Assembly (NCBI RefSeq): GCF_036321535.1
Contig: NC_087472.1
Span: forward strand, 98,644,001 to 98,708,000
Direction of reading: 5' to 3'
Length of the DNA: 64,000 nt
Origin: Camelus dromedarius
Lineage: Eukaryota
The notes beneath the pieces were generated by a model that was not told the origin of the DNA, made no database searches, and saw only the letters and a list, made by a program, of their open reading frames with translations. A program made the translations under genes and the position numbers. Of the stretch, positions 55,011-64,000 are shown piece by piece (the stretch's first letter is position 1; each line of letters begins with the position of its first letter).

Positions 55011-56341
55011 CTGATATAAGAAAAAATAAAGTAGACAACGTGTGAGCTTTTTTGGATCCTGATTCAAGGGGAAAAAAATTATAAAAACATTTATGACATT
55101 TATGAAACTAGAAATTTAAACTAGACATTTAATATTAAGGAGTAAATTTTGCTGTATTAATAATAGTATTGCAGGGGTGAGTGCCTGTGATGTATATATT
55201 TTTAAGTCCTTATCTTTTGGAGATACATACCAGTCTTAATTTTTTGTGATCTCATTACTGGTATATCAGTAGGAAGAAAAATGTTACTAGATCCCTAGGT
55301 ATTATTCTGCTGTATTTTCTGTGTTCATCACAATTACAAGAATAATCTGGCAAAGCAACCTCATTTGAAAACAAGTCTCAAAATTAGAAACCATTTTGTT
55401 TAAGCATTAGACACGTCTTATAATTAAGGTAGATGGAGATTCATGGTGTTACCATATTTAAGTCTATTTCCTACCCTACCACTTATCAACACAGAATGTC
55501 AACAACTTTTTCAAAGAAAGTGATGAAATTCTTAAAAACAACCCAAACAAAATTAATTTTAATTTGTATGGATTTGAAAAGATAGTGAACACATTATAAG
55601 AGAAAGAATGTTTTACATAATTAAATGGACAATGCTAAGGCAACTTCAAAACAGTTGGTAATTACCACAGTTCATAGTTGATGTTATTTTTTAAGTGTCT
55701 ATTGTCCTAGGCATTGTGGTAGCTTTCATAAAAAGGAGAGGCTTCAAATCATTCTCTCTACAACCAGAGAACAATTTGTTTTCACTTACTTTAAAACTTC
55801 CAGCCTAAAGCAAACTCACCTCAATTCCACTAAAGGAAAACAAGGAGAAATAGAAAATACCATCTTAGTGTTTTTACTCTGAACAAATCCTACTACATAC
55901 ACGTTAAAACATATATTTTAGATACACATGTAAAACCATGTGTATCATTTTAAAACATAGTGTAGATGGAACTGTACCTTTCTTTACCAATTTACAAGTA
56001 CTCAACAGAGGAATCATCTCTAGCTTAACTTGACCACTCCGTATTTTACAATGATTTCACAATAGTTTTTTGATTGATTATGATTAAATTTTCTCAAGCA
56101 CTTAAGATTTTTGTGTGTGATTCACTCTACTGTTGTATATGTAATATCACAATTAACTCTGTGATAAAGGAATTTCCAAATAAAACAATTTGGGGAGAAC
56201 AATTTCCATTTAGTAGGTAGATAAAGGGTTTCCAAGCTATAGGAACATACTGAATAAAGTCTGCTGTTCAAAGAAACACTAATGCAGTGCAATGCTAACC
56301 ACTGCTAAATAAATCTGAACAGAATACAACCGAGGCCATTA

Positions 56342-56816
56342 AAGGTATACCTCATTTTATTGCACTTTGCTTTATTGTACTTCACAGATATTTCATTTTT
56401 TACTAATTGAAGATCTGTGGAAACCCTGCATCAAGCAAGTTTATTGGCACCATTTTTTCCAACAGCATTTGCTCACTTCATGTCTCTGTGTCATCTTTTG
56501 GTAATTCTTGCAATATTTCTTTTTCATTATTATATTTGTTATGGTGACCCATGATCAGTGATCCTTGATGTTACTATTGCACCTTGCTGAAGGTTCAGAT
56601 GATGGCTAGCATTTTTTAGCCAAGAAAGTATTTTTTAATTAATGCATATACATTTTTTAGACATAATGCCATTGGACACTTAATAGACGACAGTATAGTA
56701 TAAACAACTTTTAATGCACTGTGAAGTCAAAAAATTCATGTGAATTGCTTTACTGCAATATCCACTTTATTTCAGTGGACTGGAACCAAACCCACAATGT
56801 CTCCAAGGTAGGTCTG
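56342..56816 (+). mobile_element. Tigger1-derived internally deleted DNA transposon
   Basis: TA-flanked; degenerate TIRs aaggtatacctc ... aaggtaggtctg; Tigger1 5' and 3' ends joined near 56580. Confidence 0.88.
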
Positions 56817-56979
56817 TATTTCTAGTAAAACGTAACACTGCTTAGGAATATCTGTTCTCAAGTACCACTACTTTTTTGGAGGGGGATTTCCTTTTTAAAT
56901 ATATATATAAAACATTAAACTTTAAAAAAAACTTTCTAGGTCTTGTTAATACTGTAAGTATAAGTCTTTTTAAACATAC

Positions 56980-57895
56980 TTTTTTTAAAGTTTTTTTTAA
57001 AGTATGTACATCAGTATAGCTGATTTACAATGTTGTATTAGTTTCAGGTGTACACAATAGTGACAATATTTTTATAGATTATACTCCACTTACAGTAATT
57101 TTGAAATATTGCTTATATTCTCCATGCCATACATTACATCTCTGTTGCATATTTATTGTATAGATAGTCGTCTGTAAGCTCTTAATCGCCTTCCTGTCTG
57201 GTCCCTCCCCTGACCCCTCTTCCCCACTGGTAACCACTACTTTGCTCTCTGTTTCTGTAAGACTGTTTCTGTTTTGTTATATTTGCTTGTTTTATTTTTT
57301 AGATTCCACATATATGTGAAAACATAAGTATCTGCTTTTCTCTGACTTACTTCACGAAGCATAATACCCTCCAGACCCATCCATGTTGTTGTAAATGGCA
57401 AAATTTCATTCTATTTTATGGCTGAGTCATACTCCATTGCTTGTGTGTGTGTGTTTGTGTGTGTATCACGTGCATGTGTCTGTGTGTATCACATCTTATT
57501 CATCCATTCATCTGTTGATAGACACCTAGGTTGCTTCCACATCTAGGCTACTGTAAATAATGCTGCTATGAACACTGCAGTGCATATATCTTTTCTGAAT
57601 AGTGTTTTCATTTTCTTCAGATATATACCCAGGAGTGGAATAGATGGATCATACGGTCATTCTATCTATTTTTAATTTCTTGAGGAAACTACACACTGTT
57701 TTCCATAGTGGCTACATTAATTTACATTCCCACCGACAGTGAACTAGGGTTCCCTTTTCTCCATATCCTTGCCATCATGTGTTATTTGTTGTCTTCCTGA
57801 AGATACCCATTCTAATCGGTGTGAAGTGGTATCTCAGTGTGGTTTTGATCTGCATTTCCCTGACACTTAGTGATGTTGAGCACCTTTTCATGAGG
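56980..57895 (-). mobile_element. 5'-truncated L1 3' end (artiodactyl-type)
   Basis: T-rich tail, tatagctgatttacaatgttg, tttagattccacatat, ccatccatgttgttgtaaatggca, atacccaggagtggaat, gatgttgagcaccttttcatg. Confidence 0.9.
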
Positions 57896-58419
57896 CACCA
57901 TTTACTTTTATTAACAATCCTTTGAGACGAAAGCATCTCAACACTGGGTTGGTAGTAGCAGTAGCCTAAAGTAGATCTTTTGCCTAGGTCTAGCTCAGCA
58001 GAGGAGAGCATCAAATTCCTGGAGTTCAGTTCAAAATAAGAAAGATTTCACCAAGACTACACTTATATGTGGAATCTTCATCACTGGCTAACGTCCTGTT
58101 TTGAGTGGAGACTCTTCACCTCAAACAAACAACACAAAAAACACCCCTCTAAAGGCAAAAGGAACCCAAGAACCACAGCCAACCTTATCATACAATAGAG
58201 AAAATAAATCTGATGGAGAGGACATCCACATCCTTGAAAGTATTCCCAGGATTCTTTCATGTCACATCTACTTCTGGTAGAAAGGCATGGTAAACATATT
58301 TTATATTATAAAATCAGTTAAAAATTCATTCAAATTCTGCTTCTTTCTCTTCATATTTATTCATTCTTCAAAACGTTTATTGAACACCTGCTCAATAAAT
58401 ATTTGGGTATATAGTACAA

Positions 58420-58840
58420 GTCATTCAATGTTTCTAAGGAAAAGTTTCTTCATCCATAAAATAGCAATAATTTCAACCTTTCAGAGCTAGAATAGGCATA
58501 AGATAATGCAGTAAAAGCACCTAGGACAGTATATGGTATGTAGTAAGCAGTGAATAAATATTATTTATTATTAGTTCTGCCTCTAAAGACTGCTAATAGA
58601 ATGAAACTTCTTCCTTAACTAAAAAAAAGCTGACATTTATCATGTATTTGCTATGTACTAGGCATCATTTTAAACATACCACAATCCTATGAGGTAGGTA
58701 ATATTATTACCCCTATTTTACAAAAATGAGAAAACCCGGTGAGCTACTTCAACTCCCCCTCACTAAAATCACAGCTGAAAGTAATAGAGTGTGGATCTAA
58801 CTGACTCAGAAATTTGATTTCAAAGTGTTCTTTACTGTAT
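58420..58840. mobile_element. Two MIR copies in opposite orientation (about 58420-58575 plus, 58625-58840 minus)
   Basis: agtttcttcatccataaaatagcaataat...gtaaaagcacctagg; acaatcctatgaggtagg...ttattacccctattttaca. Confidence 0.7.
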
Positions 58841-59505
58841 ACTAAATGGTGCCAAATTCAAAAGGTAGAAAATTCAGGAAATTTTTTAGAAGTCAAGTGT
58901 AAAGATAATTATATACAAACTTGAACTGTGTCCTTCACCGATGAAAGTGTAAACTCAATTCAGTAGGCAGAAAAAAAGAGTTAATGTTCAACCTAATTCC
59001 ATCACTGAACAGCTGCACATCTCAGTTGATCTGCTGCTTAACTTCTCTGTACCTTACCTGTAAGAGTGTTATCAACTGTCCTTTATTTCACTTTTAAATA
59101 CTACTACTAATAATAGATGTGAAATGCATGATACCTTCTTAACATGTGCCAATGAGGGGAAGAACCTAGCTATATTACAGAATGTTTGCAAAAATATTCC
59201 AAAAAATCAAAAACTATGATTCTAACTAAAAATCAAACTCATTTTTAGCATATTTTCAGCATGGCAAAGTATGGTACTTGAAAACACCGTATCCTCTAGG
59301 GTCAAACAATTTCTTTCCAATCTTGATTATATTATTAGATTGATCCGCAAACCCTTCCTTCACATATCAAGAGTCAACTTCAGTAGGAACCTACTGAAAT
59401 TATTACAAATCCCAAATAAATGGGATCTGAATCAACTTTTTTTAAACCATAAATATACTTAAAGCATTATGTCTAGGGACAGACTAAAAAGAAAAATTAT
59501 GTAGC

Positions 59506-59673
59506 TCACAGCAAAAAAAAAAAGTGACAATGAATATATGTACATTCATGTATAAATGGAAAATTGTGCCCTGCACTGGAATTTGACACAACGTTGTAAA
59601 ATGACTATAACTCAATTAAAAATTGTTAAAAAAAAAAAAAAAGGATATAACACCCAAAAAGAAAGAAAGAAAG
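59506..59673 (+). mobile_element. Short young L1 3' tip with poly(A), extra 13 nt and (GAAA)n tail
   Basis: gtgacaatgaatatatgta...tgacacaacgttgtaaaatgactataactcaatt; 18-bp TSD aaagaaaaattat(g/c)tagc at 59488-59505 and 59674-59691. Confidence 0.85.
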
Positions 59674-60574
59674 AAAGAAAAATTATCTAGCCTTAAGCAT
59701 TCCATAGAATGAGCTTCTCTGTGCGTGTGACAATGTAACGTCAAACTGAAAGCTTCTGATCTGACAGATAGAAGGCAAGGGAGCAGCCTTCTAGATAAGG
59801 AAACCTTCTGCCATTGATTTAATGGAAAGCTGGTGTTAACAAAGACTGTTGCAAAACTCATCATGGCACCAATACAGAGGGAAATGGGGAAGGAGCACCT
59901 AGCCCTGCCATCCATCCATATTATGGCTACACCACACTGAACTTGGTTTCCACACTGGCTGTAGCAGGCAGGGAGGAAAACTAACAACTAAACAGTATAT
60001 CTGTTTTGAGCACCAGAAGTAAAAACTCTACAATACTTTATCTTTTATATATATTTTAATAGCCCAGTACCTTGTTTTGAAAGACTAAATGTAAATGAAC
60101 AGAAAATTAAAATATGAATTTTCTGCTCAGCCCGGGGGAAAAAAAAAATCACAATTCCCAGGACTAGCAACTATTTTGGAAAAAATGTAGATAGTTAAAA
60201 AAAAAAAGTATATGAAATAAACTCCCACACACAAATATAAAACATAACAAAATTATAACAAGAATTCAGCTAATGTTGAAATTACTCATTCAGCATAATT
60301 ACTTAAAACAAGTATTTCAAAGGTTTTTATTAACAAATTACAAGTCTAACAGCTTGCTGGAAAATAGATTATTTCAAAAACTTTGGTAAACAAGTTGGAA
60401 AAAAGAAAAATCCAGGATCTAAACCAGCCTTCCATTGATTTGTTGTAGGTATTATTTCAGAAACTATGTTGCAAACTCATTTTAAAAACAACAAATGTAG
60501 CTGAAACAAAATAAAAAGCTTAAACAAACAAACAAACAAAAGGGTACTGGGCAACACTTTAAAAGCAATGTTTA

Positions 60575-60708
60575 GGGGGGAGGGTATAGCTCAGTACTAG
60601 AGCCAGTGCTTAGTATGCATGGTGTCCTGGGTTCAATCCTCAGTACCTCCTCTAAAAATAAATAAATAAATAAACCTAATTACCTTCCCCTACAATAAAA
60701 AAAAAAAG
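60575..60708 (+). mobile_element. tRNA-derived camelid-type SINE
   Basis: GGGGGGAGGGTATAGCTCAG...GGGTTCAATCC; perfect 15-bp TSD taaaagcaatgttta at 60560-60574 and 60709-60723. Confidence 0.92.
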
Positions 60709-62267
60709 TAAAAGCAATGTTTAAAAACAATGCGCTTTCTTATCATCTTATCAGACGACTATCCAATCTACCTAATAAGACTAATTTCCAAGAACATTAA
60801 TGTCAAGTAAATATAAAACAGACAAGTATGCTATATTTGATATTAATTATGTAACAATGTTTTTACCATGCCAAACTAGAATACATTAATGCCATTGTGA
60901 CTTTTGGTTTATTTAATAAATCTTGGTTTTTAAAACAATTTTATGTTGTGACAAAATATTCAATAGATGAACACAGAAAATTAAAACAGCAGTTATTGTA
61001 CTTACGTAAAATTTAAAATTCAATGAATTTATGCAAATACCCACAACCCTTTCTTTCCTCAAATTGCAAGAGTAAGATTGAGATAATGAAAACTTCTATT
61101 AGAATTAATGATTGTAATTGAAATTGAACAAGAAATTAAATATATCTTTAGAGTTTAAAACAATTCTATCACGTTTAATGGTTTTTGTAATTCAAATCAG
61201 GGCACAATTGCAATCCATTGTTTTGCAGTACTAGCTAGAACCTTTAAGCCTGAAGGTGTTGTTTTATTAAGAGTTAACAGACATTCAAAGATATGCTAGT
61301 CTTAAAATTTTCACTTATTCTGATCTATGTTTTAACCATTCTAAATTTGGGGGGAGGGGCATACTTTATTAGAAAAGTCTCTGTAACTTGCCTTCTGGTG
61401 ATTATCCAGTAACATGTAATCCACAAAAATTCCACATGAGGCACCTGCACCTGTATCCAACAAGTTACGCTTTACAGTAATTCTCTACATAGGTTCTTAA
61501 CCAGCACCCTTCAAAAATTACTCCAAATAAATTTATAGTTTAAAACATTAAAATTCATTTTTCAAAATCAGAGTGAGATGAAAAGTTATATAAGAAATGC
61601 TGATTTAAGATGCATCTTTAAATATCTTAATTTTATTCCTATTAACAAAAATGCAAATTCAACATTAAATATAATAAAGATAATGGTTCTTATTAAGCAA
61701 AGGCTATTTTTCATGTTATCCTCCAAATCAACAAATAAAGGGAACTTTCTTCTCACAAGAGAAAAATACATTTTAATTTCTTATATGAATTTTTTTAACA
61801 TTTTTAAGAGGACAAACTTAAGTGATTTTGTTCAATTTCATTCTGCCATATGTTCCAAGATATATAAGTTCTTTCAAAAACATGAAAATGAAGAAACAAT
61901 TAGAAAATTTGTATAAAAGAAAATAAATGCTTAAGAAAAGGGGTATGTTTTAATTTTTAAAGTAATGTTTGACTATTGTGTTGGACTATTAAATGACATC
62001 AGCAAATAATATAGCATAAACACAGAAGTATTACAGATGCATTCAAATTATTAATATTTCTTAACAAAATGAATCTAAATCATGATTTAGGTCACTGAAT
62101 TGGCTAGAGCAACATAACTATGAAAAATGGATAAAGTAACCAATCTTATTTCCACTGTATTCTGGCACACAGTATACAACTTGGCACTGAAGTATCCATT
62201 AGACCACTATGAGGGACTTTACGTGCATCGTCATGATTTGCTGACAGACCAGTAATCTGTGAATATA

Positions 62268-62870
62268 TTTATTTATTCCTTCACTCAACAAATACTTCCT
62301 GTGTGCCTACTTTTCACCAGATATTTTCTTATGCATTGTTATGCAAAAAGACTGGCTCCTGTCCTCATCAAATAACCAAACAAATTAAGATAAAAATAAA
62401 ACTGACAAATGGGACAAATATGCACACAGTATCAAGAGAGCACAGAACTGAGGATCTGATGTGATTCAGGGAATCAGGAAGGCTTTTCTGAGGCGGAGGA
62501 GGGGAGGCTTGAGATCTGAAGGATGAGTAGGTGAAGAAAAAGTGCAAAGTCCAAAGCTGGGCAAGTAGGACTGAAAGAAGACTGGTGTAGCTAACGTAGG
62601 AATGAGGTTTTTACCTCACAGGCAACAGCCAAACCTTCAAGGGTCTTGCAGGCCATTTTAAGGACTTCGATCTTTATCATAAAAACAATGAGAAGACATT
62701 CAATTTTTTAAGCAGATGGGGTGAAAAGTTAAAATATAGGACCAGAAGAGAATCATTCTTAAGAAGTTCATCCTGACTGCAGGTACATGGATTAAACAAA
62801 CAAAGTAAGATTGTGTAATTATCATGACCTTGACTGAAAAGATAATATTTTGTCCTTTGCAATAGGAGGA
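62268..62870 (-). mobile_element. L2 3' region
   Basis: tttattcctTcactcaacaaatacttcctgtgtgccta...caggaaggcttttctgagg...gggtcttgcaggccattttaaggactt. Confidence 0.75.
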
Positions 62871-64000
62871 AAAGAGGATGCAGAGTACATTAATTTTACC
62901 TTTTCTAAACCCAACCACCACTTCTCAAACTTTTCCACTGATGTATTCGTAATTGCCGAACAGAGTGTACTCATAACCTTGGGAGGTCTGGGAAATGCAG
63001 CTTTAAGCAGCCTGCTGCAAGCCTAAAATTCCTGTTAAGCCTCTGGTCTCATCTTTAAAATCATGCCAATTTTGCTTTCTACACCATGAATATAATATCT
63101 ATGTTTGTTTTTATATAAAAATAATGTCTTAAAATACTTAGCAAAAATCATCTCTTTGCCTTCTTTTGATCGTTTGGCTTCCACAACCAGAAATGTATCA
63201 TCTGGGGTAGCAAAGGCCTATGCTATGCATGAAAACTGAATTCACTCACTGAATGTTATTCAACACAATGATCCCGTGTTAAAGACTACATTTGCTGTTC
63301 TTCAGCCAGACACTAAACTATGACAAACTCATAAAAAATAAAGCTTTAGACTCTATTTTTTTCAAATTACTCTCCCCTTCCCTTTAAATTAGTACCGATG
63401 ATCCATCCTTCTAGGACTCTTTATAGAAGCTAATGCTTCATCTTTTCTTTCACAATAAGCCTCATGTGTGAGGTGCTGTAAGGAAGTCACATAGAAAGCT
63501 AAAAGTCATTAAGAACAAATTAAGTCCAAATCTGAGGTCACTCTGCTATACATGAAAATGATAATTTATCATTGCTTTAAGAACAACATCAATATTTAAA
63601 AGCCCATCTTCATTCTTCATATGAGAATTTGGATCAGTAAAATTCGAAACATTTAACAACACAATGTTAATGATGTAATTAATCATCAAAATAACTCATT
63701 TTAACATTATTTCCAAACTATTCCTGAGAAACAGATTTGAAACAGCTGTACCAATTCAATACACATTCTTTGTGGGCTTATTTTTGGCAGCCAAAGTTTT
63801 ATAATGTGGTATTTATTTAAACTCAGGACACGATGAGAGTTTTATTGTCTTTGTGAAATGCAGATTTGTTCTTGTACTTTTGTGCCACCTACTCACGCTC
63901 CTCCCTCACTTTCCCTCTACTGCCCACCTCTCTCCTTCAACCCAACAAACCTAGACACAACCCCTCTGGTTAATCATCCCATCTCAACCCTAGAGTCTCT

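Noticed and set aside
56919..57003. 17-bp perfect inverted repeat beside an L1 tail
   Set aside because: Low-complexity A/T runs; chance is a sufficient explanation.
59045..59070. Second AG|GTAAG recursive-like site on the minus strand
   Set aside because: Lies in MIR-like sequence with a weak pyrimidine tract.
59616..59987. Longest ORF in the track (123 aa, minus)
   Set aside because: Non-ATG start, runs into (TTTC)n and the L1 poly(T), and has no recognisable domain.
61578..61916. 112-aa plus-strand ORF
   Set aside because: K/N/I/F-rich composition typical of AT-rich noise; no domain or splice context.

Overview
AT-rich, CpG-poor mammalian genomic DNA, most likely from a camelid (Camelus/Vicugna) judging by three TSD-flanked tRNA-derived 'GGGGAGGGTATAGCTCA' SINEs and young L1 3' ends. 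The whole window lies inside CNKSR2 (connector enhancer of kinase suppressor of Ras 2; X-linked in placental mammals) on the minus strand. It holds coding exon 2 (23500-23663, SAM domain), exon 3 (15909-16111, CRIC domain) and exon 4 (1949-2036, missed by the ORF track), all with GT-AG sites and compatible phases. Exon 1 is not visible, so 23664-64000 is intron 1. The rest is intron with L1, L2, MIR, ERV LTRs and hAT/Tigger DNA transposons; repeat family names are recognised from memory and most repeat boundaries are approximate. Almost all other listed ORFs are spurious or repeat-derived. I see no evidence for a new multi-gene system. The best leads are candidate unannotated CNKSR2 splice elements (an in-frame 45-nt exon between SAM and CRIC, several poison-exon candidates, a recursive-type AG|GT site) and some atypical L1 insertion structures.
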